Shown here piece after piece: positions 1 through 12,966 of a stretch of 63,724 bases of DNA (its first letter is position 1; each line of letters opens with the position of its first letter). The notes under the pieces were generated by a model. The model was not told where the DNA came from and ran no database searches. It saw only the letters and a list, made by a program, of their open reading frames with translations. The DNA comes from Octopus bimaculoides (Eukaryota). The DNA lies in NCBI RefSeq assembly GCF_001194135.2, contig NC_068988.1, positions 91,446,225 through 91,509,948 on the forward strand, written 5' to 3'. The position numbers were made by a program, and so were the translations under genes.

Positions 1-1867
1 CCCTGAAGGGAATGATACTACTGCTATTTAGCCTTAGGAAGCAGCACTGCTTCCTGTCTGCCTTGACACATTTCCTGTGGCCTTATGTTTACAAGGGGGA
101 GACAAGCACCTCCACTTAGCTGTGCCTGCAGGCTTAGCTAAGTGTACAGCCTTGTAGATATCGTATCTCCTCTGAAAGTCACGAAGTGTGATGGACTCAA
201 GATCAGTTGCAGGTATTGCTTGACGCAGTGTACGCTTCATATAGTAATGCTTGAAGATAGCAATTATTCCCTGGTCCATTGGATGCAGAAGAGATGGTGT
301 TCGGAGGGATGTATACAACGGTAATATTGGGGTCAAAATCTATGATGTTTTGTGGGTGGCCAGGAGCATTATCTAAGATAAGTAAAACCTTAACAGGAAT
401 CCCCTTCTCCTTACAGTACTTCTTTGCTGCTGGGATAAAATGATTGAAGAACCAATCTTCAAAAACAACAGTAACTCATGCTTTTGAATTAGCCATCCAT
501 ATAACAGGGAAAGATACCTTGGGTATATTCTTCAGGGCATTGGGGTTGTGCGCATGATACTCAAGCAATAGCTTTAACTTAAAATCTCTTACACAATTAC
601 CTCCCAACATAATGGTCACACATTCTTTTGAGACCTTGTAGCCTGGAATAGTTTTCTCCTTGGAAATAAATGAACGGCCTGGCAATTTTTACCAATACAA
701 TCCAGTTTTATCTACATTAAAAATCTGTTCAGGAAGAAACCCGTTTTCTTCGATGATTTTCTTTAATGCATTAGAAAATTCTGCTGCTGCTTGTTTGTCA
801 GCTGATGCACTTTCACCTTGCTTCTTAATGGAGTGATAACTTCTTCACTCCTTAAATCTCATGAACCATCCTTAACTTGCCTTGAACTCTACATCTTTCT
901 CGTCTGGATATTATTTCTTCAGGTCCTCTCTTGAATGATTTCTCGACTAATAGTAGCACACTGACAATTCGACTTAACAATCCAAAGAGAAAGAAGACTT
1001 ACCATTTCTTCAAAGATTTTGCCTCTTTCATTACTGATGACAGTGTTCTTCATCTCTTGGGCTTCAGATTTGATATGTGCTAAAATCTTGTCTTTTGTAC
1101 TATCGTCGATACAGTTGTCCAACTCATCCCAAAAGATTGCGCAATTGCTACCACTTTTTCACCTTTCTCATGGTGTTTTATCATAGCCAGTTTATCTTCC
1201 AGTGTTATAGCATGATGCTTAGCACTTTCATCATCATCATCATCATCATTGTTTAACGTCCGCTTTCCATGCTGGCATGGGTTGGACGATTTGGCTGAGG
1301 ACTGGTGAAACCGGATGGCAACACCAGGCTCCAATCTAATTTGGCAGAGTTTCTACAGCTGGATGCCCTTCCTAACGCCAATGAATTTTCTTAGGAGCCA
1401 TGGGAGCAAAAAATAAAGTCTCAAATGAACGAGCATGAGAAAGTAGTCGATAAACAGCCATAAACGAATCTAAATTCGAAACAATCATGGGAATCACAAG
1501 TGACAATGACACCTAACAGTAGATATTGGAACTACAGTGCAATATGAGCTCTGAAAGACCAATAAATGAGACAGCACAGCTGATTTCATGATTTCATTCA
1601 CTAAGCTACACTATAGTGTGTATCTTAACATTTACTGTATATTAAAATGATCTTTATATTTTATTCTTATTTATTGTACAGTAACATGATTTTATGTACT
1701 TTTAACGGTTTTCTAGTGATTTTATGATTCCAATATTTGTGGCAGATAGGCGTAAAGTCGAGTAAAATGACTTAACTTGATTTTTATTTTTCCATATATT
1801 ATTTTTGAAAACTGACATATAATTGAGAACGACTTAAATCGAAGCAACCTAAACTGAGGTATACCTG
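1..1867 (-). mobile_element. Degraded pogo/Tigger DNA transposon (5' TIR plus transposase relic); continues beyond the window start
   Basis: The minus strand begins with a Tigger-like TIR (CAGGTATACCTCAGTTTAGGTTGCTTCGATTTAAGTCG at 1867). ATG-GCT-CCT-AAG-AAA (MAPKK) starts at 1401. Broken ORFs give a CENP-B/psq HTH (HAITLEDKLAMIKHHEKGEKVVAIAQSFGMSWTTVSTIV) and DDE-region motifs (KVSKECVTIMLGGNCVRDFKLKLLL; HPMDQGIIAIFKHYY). Confidence 0.9.
1229..1380 (-). mobile_element. Truncated SINE with (GAT)n RTE-type tail, inserted into the Tigger transposase
   Basis: (CAT)n followed by GTTTAACGTCCGCTTTCCATGCTGGCATGGGTTGGACG, near-identical to copies at 4.9, 14.7, 36.5 and 54.9 kb. It separates MAPKK from ESAKHHAI. 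Confidence 0.9.
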
Positions 1868-2429
1868 CATATGTGTATAGTAATAATGAAAATAATAATC
1901 CATGGATAAAATTCATAAATACTTTAATTTATTACAGTGCCTGTTTCCACAAATCACATATTTCTTATAATCATAGTCCATATTCTTGAGACGATTACAG
2001 TACAGTCCATAGTATCCATGGGAATCAAGTGGATCATATTCATGTTTATTTTCACAGGCTTTTTATATAGCACCAGCATATAGATATACAATATACATAA
2101 AATATATAATTTAGAGAAAATAACCCACAATTATTTAATTCTCAATCGCATATAGAAAAATTCAATAAATAAATACACTAAAAAGACCTATAATAAATAT
2201 TAAAATAGTAAAAATGACTACAGGTGTTTCATAACCATATTTTCAAATAGAAAATAAAAAAATAAAAAATCAAATCGTATTAATGTATTAATTAGTATGA
2301 TGATATTTTTAGTGAATATTATATATTAATAATTAAATGATGCTATGATTTTTATAAAATAAATAATTTCGGTGAGGGGGGGGCGAAAATTCTTGATGCA
2401 CAATACCACAGATGTCAAAGAAAATGATG

Positions 2430-2612
2430 AGTATGCTCTTCATTGAGCTGTGACTCTGCGATGCACCCGTGCCATTCGAAACATTGCATATAGACCATTG
2501 CCTTGTCACTGTAGTCTTGCTGAAGCATGATCAATGTCTCTGTAGCAGACTTCCCAAATTTAACGCAAAATTCCATGTTGGCTCTTTGTTCCAACTTCCT
2601 GTCCATGACAAA
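2430..2612 (-). mobile_element. Mariner transposase N-terminal fragment
   Basis: The ORF reads MDRKLEQRANMEFCVKFGKSATETLIMLQQDYSDKAM..QCFEWH, a typical mariner HTH. Confidence 0.8.
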
Positions 2613-2689
2613 AATCACAGACTACTGCATACACATGATCACAAAAACACAAATTTCACAACTTGCCAAGTAAACACAGTGATGTCATA

Positions 2690-3115
2690 TTATGTGGTGA
2701 GTATGGATGAAGATAGCTCTGTGAAAAAGTGTCACGCTCTAGTGGTTGAAGGAACCTGTGGAAGATGTAGACCCAGGAAGACCTGGGATGAGGTGGTGAA
2801 GCATGACCTTCGAACATTAGGCCTCACCGAGGCAAGACTAGTGACCGAGACCTTTGGAAATATGCTGTGCTTGAGAAAACCTGGCAAGCCAAGTGAGACC
2901 ATAACCTGTGGCCTATGCCAGTAGTGTAACCAGCCCACTTATGCATACCTTTCTTTAGACATTAAACTCTGCTTGCGAAGACCTGTTGAGGCAAATGAAA
3001 TTGAAATCAAATTCGCTGATGTGGCTGATGACAGCACCGCCTGACTGGCATCCGTGCTAGTGGAACGTTAAGAGCACCATCCAAGCGTGATTGTTGCCAG
3101 GGCCACTGATTGGTT
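2690..3115 (+). mobile_element. RTE-clade LINE 3' fragment
   Basis: MDEDSSVKKCHALVVEGTCGRCRPRKTWDEVVKHDLRTLGL is the RTE C-terminus. It is homologous to 27040-27240 in this window. Confidence 0.85.
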
Positions 3116-3229
3116 CCCGTGCCTTGCTTCCACACCTGAAACTTCTCTAGTTCTGATAGTGACTCAGCAATTAATGCAAAGTCATCAGCACAGAGGAGCT
3201 TCCAGGGGCAAATAATAAATGCATCCTTT

Positions 3230-3446
3230 TAAAGCCTAGCCAGGCTCATGGGCCCGGTTTCAATGGCGTATGTGTTCCCCAGCTGGATGGAATGCCAGTC
3301 TATCACAGCGTTACTCATTTTTGCCAGCTGGGTGGACTGGAGCAACGTGTTTTGCTCAAGAACACAACGCGTTGCCCGGTCCAGGAATCGAAACCACAAT
3401 CTTACGATCATGATGCTGACACCCTAACCACTAAGCCACACGCCTC
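3230..3446 (-). mobile_element. tRNA-derived SINE
   Basis: The minus strand starts GAGGCGTGTGGCTTAGTGGTTAGGGTG...GGTTTCGATTCCTGG, with A- and B-box-like motifs. Confidence 0.8.
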
Positions 3447-3462
3447 ATATATATATATATAT

Positions 3463-3944
3463 AATCAAAATAAGCAACAAGGATATCCAAAGTTAATGTA
3501 GTACGATTGTTTCATGCGACTCCATTTATTTAAGCAATGTGAACATTACATCAATCCTCAGCTGCACAAAGATATAGAAATTTACTGAAATTTCATTTCA
3601 ACAGAAAGACATATTTTTGTAACTACATTTAAACTCTTGGAGTAGAAAGAAAGAATACTAAAAAACATTTGGACTTAGCCAAACGACATAGGCTAGTCTG
3701 TATGGTCTGGCTAAGTCAAAATGTTTTTTTGTATTCTTCCTTTCTACTCCAAGAGTTTAAATGTAGTTACAAAAATATGTCCTACTATTGAAATGAAATT
3801 TCAGTAAATTTCTATATTTTTGTGCAGCTGAGGATTGCTCTGCATTTTACATTTGATGTAATGTTCGCATTGCTTAAATAAATGGAGTCGCATGAAACGA
3901 TCGTACTGCATTAACTTTGGATATCCTTTTTGCTTATTTTGATT
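3463..3944. mobile_element. Foldback/MITE-like element: about 220-240-bp inverted arms around a 26-nt loop
   Basis: 3463-3681 is the reverse complement of 3708-3944 apart from a few mismatches and one ~19-nt indel. A degenerate copy of the left arm lies at about 4190-4295. Confidence 0.85.
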
Positions 3945-4394
3945 TTAATTACCTTATCTTGGAATTGTATGGTTAATACCATATTTAATTCTGATGCCTA
4001 AACTTAAGTACCATATCCACCTTGAATCTAAATTTTATATCTATATATAATATAGATTTAATCAAAAGATTAAATGTGGTACTTAAAATGTTTGAGGCAC
4101 CAGAATTTGGTAGGGTAAAAACCAAAAACAAAATCAAGAGATTTGGTGAATAAAATTTGAAGAAAAGCAACAAAATTTCAATAGGTTATAGCAGTATGTA
4201 CGTTTCGTACAAACTTCATTTATTTATGTAGTGAGAACACTACATAAAATGTGCAATGAAAATGTACTCCTCAGCTGCATAATGGAATTTCATTTTAGAA
4301 AGTCATTTTGTAGATGTGTGCAAAAAACAAAAGAGAAGAAAAAGTACCATCTTGACTATGCTGCTGTTGAAGGATAGCAAGATCCCTAAACATA

Positions 4395-4470
4395 TGCAAG
4401 GCTGTGATTTAAGGACTGTGTCAAGTCCTCATTAAAGGCCTGTGATATGCAGGAGAGTGAATGGGAGAGA
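4395..4470 (+). mobile_element. Short RTE LINE fragment
   Basis: Reads RL*FKDCVKSSLKACDMQ and is near-identical to the reverse complement of 60700-60780. Confidence 0.8.
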
Positions 4471-4805
4471 TTGAATGTGTGTATATACATATATATATAT
4501 ATATATANNNNNNNNNNNNNNNNNNNNNNNNNNNNNNNNNNNNNNNNNNNNNNNNNNNNNNNNNNNNNNNNNNNNNNNNNNNNNNNNNNNNNNNNNNNNN
4601 NNNNNNNNNNNNNNNNNNNNNNNNNNNNNNNNNNNNNNNNNNNNNNNNNNNNNNNNNNNNNNNNNNNNNNNNNNNNNNNNNNNNNNNNNNNNNNNNNNNN
4701 NNNNNNNNNNNNNNNNNNNNNNNNNNNNNNNNNNNNNNNNNNNNNNNNNNNNNNNNNNNNNNNNNNNNNNNNNNNNNNNNNNNNNNNNNNNNNNNNNNNN
4801 NNNNN

Positions 4806-5021
4806 CATTTTGAGCGTGGCCGTTGCCAGCACCTCCCGACTGGCCTTCGTGCCGGTGGCACGTAAAAGCACCCACTACACTCTAGGAGTGGTTGGCGTTA
4901 GGAAGGGCATCCAACTGTAGAAATCAGATTAGAGCCTGGTGTTGCCATCTGGTTCACCAGTCCTCAGTCAAATCGTCCAACCCATGCTAGCATGGAAAGC
5001 GGACATTAAACGATGATGATG
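4806..5021 (+). mobile_element. SINE/RTE-tail repeat ending in (GAT)n
   Basis: Ends ...CATGGAAAGCGGACATTAAACGATGATGATGA; its 5' part runs into an N gap. Confidence 0.9.
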
Positions 5022-5031
5022 ACATATACAT

Positions 5032-5096
<65 letters not shown>

Positions 5097-5792
5097 TGGT
5101 TGATTGTAAACTTGTGCAATGTATAAACTTAGCAGATTTTTTTTAATTAGTTGCTTTATTTGGCTGCAGTCAGTTTGACGGTCTCTGGCTTAGGGTCTCT
5201 CTCTCTCAGGATAACTTTAACTTTTGTTTTTACATCAGTATGTAGAATATAAATATTCTGAAGAGTCCTGCAACAGTTTTGAGTATTTTATTCCTGTCAT
5301 TGCAAGGGCTCTATACTTCTTTCTAATTAAACACTTGTAACAAGTTGAGATAACACTGAATATTGTGTGTTTATGTAGATACATAAGTGAGGATATATTT
5401 GATTGCTGGCTCTAGTTCCTTGAGTCAAACACTTGCTAATAAAGCACATGTTAGTTATCCAATGCCTCTACTCTAGATTCTTTCCGTGCCTGAGTCACTG
5501 AGACCTAATTATTCCTAATGTAGTACTGTTCTAATGATATATGAACCATTAATCTTCTATTTGGAAAATCAACATTAAGTTAGTTCACCCAACTCTAATC
5601 CTCTTTCTTCATGATTTAGGAAATTACAAATGCAGAATATCAGTAATTATTCTGTAGGAACATTTCTCTTACAAGGGAGTAAATTTTACGTCAAATGACT
5701 TGGAAAAACATTTTGGTTGACAAACTTTAAAAACAATTGGCTGTAAAATGTTAAGACTTTCATATTATGGTGGTTATCTCATAGATATTTAA

Positions 5793-6012
5793 CCCTTTAG
5801 TATTCAGATTATTTTGTCAAAAGTAATGTTTATTTGTCTATATTGTTTTGAATTAATCATACATTATCTGGTAGCTTTGAGATTTTGATGGTGTGATAAT
5901 TTATTTTTAGAATGACATTGTAGGGTAGATAGCAAAGACCATATCTTGCTAGTTTGAACATAAAACAAGTAGAATATTTTGGCCAGATATGGCCACTTTG
6001 AATGCTAAAGGG
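5793..6012. mobile_element. piggyBac-type MITE, family 1
   Basis: TTAA|CCCTTTAG...CTAAAGGG|TTAA. A second copy is at 13893-14114. Confidence 0.85.
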
Positions 6013-7683
6013 TTAAAACAATTATTTCTTTCATTGTCTTTATTATTATGAGCCTCATTACTTACAATACATTTTTCTTTCCTAAAGACATTTTCGTACA
6101 TAAATTATTATGTTAATATGTCTTTTACATTGTTGTCTCTTGTAATCTGCAGAAATAGACTTCTTTTTAGTTTTCATTCAGTTGATGCCCTCTTTTTCTT
6201 TTTAAGTAGTATTTATTTCGATAAATATTATATTGTAAAATGTGAATATAGGGCCTAATTATCTTTCAATAATTTAACACATTATTTCGCTCTTAAACTA
6301 TACATCCTACCTGCTTCTCTACAGTTCAATTACTCTATGTAAATCAGAACCGCTATACTTAATTATCTCCCCTATATTCCTTCTGTTCAAAACTATCCAA
6401 TTCAGCTAACGCTTTGCCAACCGTGGAAATCACTGGTGACTCACCATGCTACCAACTTATTATAGCGTGAGAATCACCAGCGACTCCCAATGCTGTTGTT
6501 TTGTGGAGGGGGTTCTATTACTTTGACTCAAACTACATTATTCGAAATTTAGGAAATGTACAGAACATGTTTCATTGTATTTCTCTGATGGTTTTCAATT
6601 TGTATCAACAGAAGCTGAGATAGGATCTGACAAGAAGGGTGGAAGCCACTGTCATCTCCATCATTGGAGTACTACTCTCTATAAAATAATTTTTGTAACG
6701 AAGAACTTATTAAGGCATATATAATATAATCTGAAGGGAAAAAATCATAAATAAATGAAAACGAATCCATAGATGGAGGTATAATGAATATTTTAACACT
6801 TTTTAACATGTGTTACTAGGATCATGAAATCATTTAAAAAATTTTGCTGAACCTCAGAAACCCCCCCCCCCTAAANNNNNNNNNNNNNNNNNNNNNNNNN
6901 NNNNNNNNNNNNNNNNNNNNNNNNNNNNNNNNNNNNNNNNNNNNNNNNNNNNNNNNNTACAGAGCAGCAGAGTATTTAGATAAAGATAGATATGGCCAGT
7001 CTATTGGGTTATCCTAAGTTTCTTGTCCATAAAGCACTTAGCTTTACAGCATCCTTCCATTTTGAAGAGAGGTAATAGGCCATTGCCCATTAGAGTCTGA
7101 TGAGACGCTGTAAAGCCAGATGCTTTATGGACTCGAAACTCAGACTAACCCTATAAACTAGCCATAACTATTTTTGTCTATATAACTATTTAGTTCATTA
7201 TCCTTTCTAACTAAACAGTAGTTTTTTAATTCTAATTTCAAATCTGAAACTATTTAGATATTTCCTCATAGACATACCTACTATGCAAAATTAATTCAAA
7301 ATACATTTGTAGTTCTTAATCTTATATTTTCTAATATCAAATGTTTTGTGATTAATACCACTATGCATCTTATTTTATTGTGTTTAGAAACTGGTTGATT
7401 GATTAAATTTTGTGCAATGAAAGATTTGTATACCATTGCACTTATTGCCCTCAGTTGAAGGTTTCATACATTCAATTTCAACTTTATAAACATCTAAAAA
7501 TTTGAAGTAACATATAGAATATAATTTAGCACAATCAGTTAATTAAACAATTTTGATATAAAGTAAACGGATACATTGAAGTGAGATTTATTTTGTTCCT
7601 AAATTATGTTAGATTTAAAATTTAGAATTTCATTCTGTTTATTGTCATGCATTTCCAAGTTAAAAAAAAAAAAACATGCTTAA

Positions 7684-7975
7684 CCCATTACCTACCAGTG
7701 ATCTCATATGAGATCACTTAAAAATTACAAATTTCGTAATTATCTGTCAATATTTACACATATCTAACCTTTTTGCTATATCTACTAGGTATATTTCTCT
7801 GATATTCAAATGAGGTTTGCTAATTTTTCACCCAATATCTTGCTTATTCCTATTTAAAATGTTATTTTGAAATGTTATTTTGATAATTCCAGCGTGTTTC
7901 TAAGGCTTTTTTTATGCTAGAAATCAAAGTTTCATAAAAAAAATTCCAGTTAATAGTATTATGGGAAGTAATGGG
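7684..7975. mobile_element. piggyBac-type MITE, family 2
   Basis: TTAA|CCCATTAC...GTAATGGG|TTAA. Confidence 0.75.
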
Positions 7976-8975
7976 TTAATTTGTATATTTGTCTTTCTCA
8001 TAATTTGTGAATCTCTTAGATTTTATTGTTCAGTTTCCAGTGTTTAATTTTTCTTTGATTAACTTAAAGTGTATTTGCCACAACACCTGCAAAAATAAAC
8101 TCTAGTTAAGCTTGGTTTCACACAACCGACTTTAAGTATAATAAGCAACATGATATTCTATTCTAAATCTATAACCGCATTAGCAGTCTTATAGATACGT
8201 TTTCATCATAAATGTTACACCCAAATGAAGACTATCTATTTCAATTTATTTCTTTAATAATGTTAATCTTATTTTACCATTAACTGTCTGATATTTTTGA
8301 TCTAACACTAATGTTCGCAATTATAGTGTATTTTTATTTTCACTGTTGTCATCTCTATTTTAACTTTAATAGTTTCTTGCATTTGATATCTTTTACAGTA
8401 CGCATGTTGGAAAACTTTATAAATGAAAATTAATACAAAATGAGTATATATTACTTGGTTTGCCAGGCTTCTAAAGCATATATTTATCAAAATTTTTGTC
8501 ATATTACCTAAATTCAAGAGTATTTTATCTACAGGGTTGACAAATTTTTATTGCTGCTAAATGCTTTGTCTGCCACTCATCTATAAAGCACCTTAATGCA
8601 AAACATGAGACACTAGAGACTAGTAGAAGATAAGACAATATAATATACAACTGAGGGCTTCATTGCAGCTAGTTCAGTTAGTTGATTTTTGCTTTTTATT
8701 TTTTCAAAGTTAGTAAAATGCACTTGAGTTAATTTTATTCAATAAACACATAGCTTAAAGATTTAACTCCTCTTCCTTACAATGACAGATAAAGTGAAAT
8801 GAAATAGCTACAACTGGGAACTTGACTACATTGCACTTTCAGTCTATTGGTAACTTTACATCTTCACTCTGCTTCTTATTGTCCCTATGAAATAAAGAAC
8901 TGATTGATTTACAGCATGACAGGTCAGGATTAATAAATATCACTTAGCATTTTGTTCGATGCCAGCTCACTGCTT

Positions 8976-10042
8976 TAATAATAGTAATAATCCTTTCTAC
9001 TATGGGCACAAGGCCTGAAATTTTGTTGGGCAGGGTTAATTGCTTACATTGACCCCAGTACTCAACTGGTACTTAATTTATCCACCCTGAAAGGATTTAA
9101 AGCACATTCAACATGTGCAGAATTTGAACTCAGAACCATGCAAACATAGAAAATGAATGTTAAATGATGAATATAATGAGTTGGAAGAATTACTGCAAAG
9201 CATTTTGTCCAGTGTGCTAACAATTCTGCCTATTTGTCACCTTAATAATAATAATAATAATCATTGCAATCCTGGTTGAACATTCCTGACAAAGTCTCTC
9301 CACAATTCATGATTTTCCATTGCTCTCAGAAGCTGCACCTTACAGAGGTCTGTATCATATGAGAGTTAATCAATGAATGTTCAAGCAAGTCATCCTCTAC
9401 TGCGTCTCCCATGAGTTGGTTCCCATTATAGCTTGTGTATAACTTCCTGCTTACTTCTCCAGCTATGTACTGCAAATTATAACTGTCTTTGAGCAATTTT
9501 AGTTATCTTGGACAAGTTTCAATATAAACTTTCATTTGTAATATCTTGATACCAGTTTATGTTTTACAGAACCCTAAGCATTTTAATGTATGCACCATCT
9601 AGTTTCTTCTCAAATGCTTGTGTCAGGGTCCATGTATCTGATTCATACAGCAACACTGACTCAAAAGAAGTTCTGAAGAGTATTTTGATTTTTCTAGGTT
9701 GATCTGACTTACATATCTTTTCCATTTTTGCTCATTGCAGCCTAGGCTTTGGTAATTCTAATGTAGATGTCCTTTTTTGATGAATTTATCCAGCTACCCA
9801 AATACAGAAAATTTTCTATATCTATATTTGGGCAGCTTAGGCACAAGGCCTGAAATGTTGGGGGAGGGGGCTAGTTGGTTACATTGACCCCAGTACTCAC
9901 CCAGTAATTATTTTATCAATCTCAAAAAGGATGAAAGGCAATATCAACCTCAGCAAAATTTGAATTCTGGATATAAAAACAGGCAAAATGCCACTAAGCA
10001 TATTGTCTGGCATGCTAATGACTCTACCAGTTCACTGCCTTT

Positions 10043-10096
<54 letters not shown>

Positions 10097-10383
10097 TCTT
10101 TTATTGGCCACAAAGGCTAATATAAATCAAAACATTAAAGGACAATGCAAGACGATAAATAATAACAATCCTTTCTACTAAAGGTACAAGGCCTGAAATT
10201 TTAGGGAGGTTAAGTCGATTACATTGACCCCCCCAGTACTCAACTGATACTTAATTTATCAACCCCGAAATGATGAAAGGCAAACTCGACCTCAGTGGAA
10301 TTTGAACTCAGAACATAGCAACAGATGAATTACTGCTAAGCATTTCATCCAACATGCTAATGATTCTGCCAGCTCACCACCTT
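8976..10383 (-). mobile_element. Cluster of three same-orientation copies of a (TTA)n-tailed tRNA SINE (8976-9243, 9836-10042, 10160-10383) around an RTE relic (9270-9830)
   Basis: Each copy has GCACAAGGCCTGAAATT...CATTGACCCCAGTACTCAACTGG...GAAAGGATGAAAGGC...TTTGAACTCAG and matches the reverse complement of the young copy at 43827-44060. The intervening DNA encodes RTE-like SVLLYESDTWTLT on the minus strand. Confidence 0.8.
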
Positions 10384-11316
10384 AAATAATAGTAATAAAA
10401 ATGATAATGCCCTGATGCAGTATCAAGCAGTGGCTCTTATGGCTTCTGATCTTAACTGATTGGAAGTGTTATCATGTACATGATTTGCGCTGGTGTAAAA
10501 GATGAACTACAGCAAATATTCTGCTCAGTACCACAGATTTGCCTGTCAGTCGCTTGACCTTGTCAATTGAGCATGTTTCTTAATGGCTGATAATATATAC
10601 ATCTCTGATCATGAGCAGGAGTAGTGGGAGAGCATCATAGCCGTGTGTTGAAAGGAATTCTATGAGGTTTAATAATTCACTTCTGGAAACATGAGTGTTT
10701 TGTTCATCATCCTTAAACAACCCTTATTCAGGGACCTTTTGAGTGGTATGGACTGCTCAACCCGAAGAAAATTCTAACTGGGCTTCACCTGCTAGGTCAT
10801 GCACTGTTTATCTCAATATAAGATCATCATGTCACACACATGTGGTTGTGTTGCATGTGCCTGGTGTACCCTTATCAGGCAGATATTTGTGATGGGTATA
10901 ATGGGCTTTGTATATTTGTACCCCAGTATCACTTTGATAGCATTCATTGCTCTCTTACTTAATAATAATAGTAATGTTTCTGAGATTTTAGTAATCAAAG
11001 ATTACAATGCTGAAGTGGGAGAAAGTATCTTTAAAGCACAAAACATTAAAAAGCTAATGGAAGATAAACGTTTTTTTTCTTTTACTTGTTTCGGTCAGTA
11101 GACTGTAGTCATGCTGGGGCACTGCCATGAAGAATTTTTAGTTAAATGAATCAACCCCAATACTTTCTTTTTAAGCATGATACTTACTCTATTGGTCTCT
11201 TTCGCCAAACTGCTAAGTTACAGGGATGTAAACATACCAACACCGATTGTCAAGTGGTGGAACACAGACACAACGATGCACACACACACAAATATGTATG
11301 TACGTGTGTGTGTGTA

Positions 11317-11318
<2 letters not shown>

Positions 11319-11388
<70 letters not shown>

Positions 11389-11677
11389 TAGATAAATAGA
11401 TAGATAGAAAAAGATATATATGTATGTTGGACTTCTTCCAGTTTCCACCTACCAAATTTCTTCAGGTAGCCATGCAGATTACATGGAGAGAGGAATTTGT
11501 AATGCTCATGCACAAATGAAAATGACCTCAGAATCAACATTAATCATTTTGATTAATGTGAGTTAGCATGTCGAACCGTGTACCTTACTTAAGGCTTGTA
11601 ATAAAACATTTGCTTTCTAGATATAAGCTAAGAATCTGTTTCACTACACCCTTGGTTATTTTCATTTTTACACAGCA

Positions 11678-11746
<69 letters not shown>
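11319..11746. repeat. Long (TA)n (about 11319-11386) and (CT)n (about 11679-11746) microsatellites
   Basis: Directly visible dinucleotide runs. They explain the YIYI and SLSL pseudo-ORFs. Confidence 0.95.
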
Positions 11747-11748
<2 letters not shown>

Positions 11749-11784
11749 AATATTTTAGGACCCATCCAGAAACAAAAGCAAATC

Positions 11785-12030
11785 ATCATCATCGTTTAAC
11801 ATCTGCCTTCCATGCTGGAATGGGTGGGATGGTTTGACAAGAGCTGGCCAGGCAGAAGCCTGCACCAGACTTCTGGAACTGTTTTGGCAGGATTTTTACA
11901 GCTGGATACCCTTCCTGACACCAACCACTCAGTAGAGTGGACTTAGTGCTTTTTATGTGGCTCAAGCACAGATGAGATCTGTTTTGGCAAGGTTTTTACT
12001 GCTGGATGCCCTTCCAAATGCCAACCACCT
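11785..12030 (-). mobile_element. Diverged (GAT)n-tailed SINE
   Basis: CATCATCATCGTTTAACATCTGCCTTCCATGCTGG...; homologous to the other copies. Confidence 0.8.
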
Positions 12031-12039
12031 TACAGTGTC

Positions 12040-12796
12040 ACTTTCGAGGATCACCAAATAACTATTTAGCAACTAGCTCAAGAAGTAAAAATTAGTGTAG
12101 GGTCCATGGAAAAAAAATCGTTCATGACTATTTGCACATGCTGAAGTTGTCTGAACAATGGATTCACCAGATGCTCACACCTTTTCAGAAACATTGGTCC
12201 ATCACTATCATCCTGAGACTAAAGTCCAGTCGAAGCAATAGAAGCGTGATAACTCACCAACCCTCAACAGGCAAGGTGATGCTCACAGTCCTTTGGAACC
12301 AGCACGGAGTAGTGATGATGGATTTTGTGGCAAAGGGCACCACAATTAATGGAGCATATTATGCTTCTCTGTAGCAGAAATTATGGGATGCCATCAAAGC
12401 AGAGAGTGAGGCATGCTGACCAAAGGAGTCTGCCTCCTCCAAGGCAGTGCCTCAGTTCACAATGTGCATGTTACCCAAATGAAAGCACACACCTGTGACT
12501 ATGAAATCTTCCGACCTTGAAGCATCTGACTTCCACCTCTTTCCAACCATGAAATCTGTTTTTGAAGGGGAAGCATTATTCAGATTATGATGAACTTATT
12601 TCCAAGGTAAAGTCTTGGCACCAGATGCAACCTACCAACTTCTACAGGTGAGGTCTTCACAGCTGCATAAAGTGATGGGAGAAGTATGTCACTAATGGTG
12701 GTGACTATGTAGAGAAGGATTAATAATTATGCTAAGTTTCGTTTATCCCAGTCTTTGGGAAGTGGGTCAGAGGAAATCTTTAATGAACACCCCTCA
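12040..12796 (+). mobile_element. Mariner transposon relic (DDD region and 3' TIR)
   Basis: Reads HHYHPETKVQSKQ and STGKVMLTVLWNQHGVVMMDFVAKGTTINGAYYA, then an SDFHLF motif. Ends GGAAATCTTTAATGAACACCCCTCA followed by TA. Confidence 0.85.
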
Positions 12797-12935
12797 TATC
12801 TTTGAAAGTACAGTGCTACAGAATGTCACTATTTTTGCTAGAATGGTTTCCTGAATATGCAGAATGTAAACATTCACACAAATATACATGTGCACACACT
12901 CACATACACGCACATATATATACAAATATATATAT

Positions 12936-12966
<31 letters not shown>

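Noticed and set aside
6635-6730. Possible exon after tcaacag (EAEIGSDKKGGSH...)
   Set aside because: It has no donor site, no recognisable homology, and does not chain with other exons.
10410-10810. GC-richer block that looks like a dispersed repeat
   Set aside because: There is no second copy in the window and no termini or coding motif I can support.
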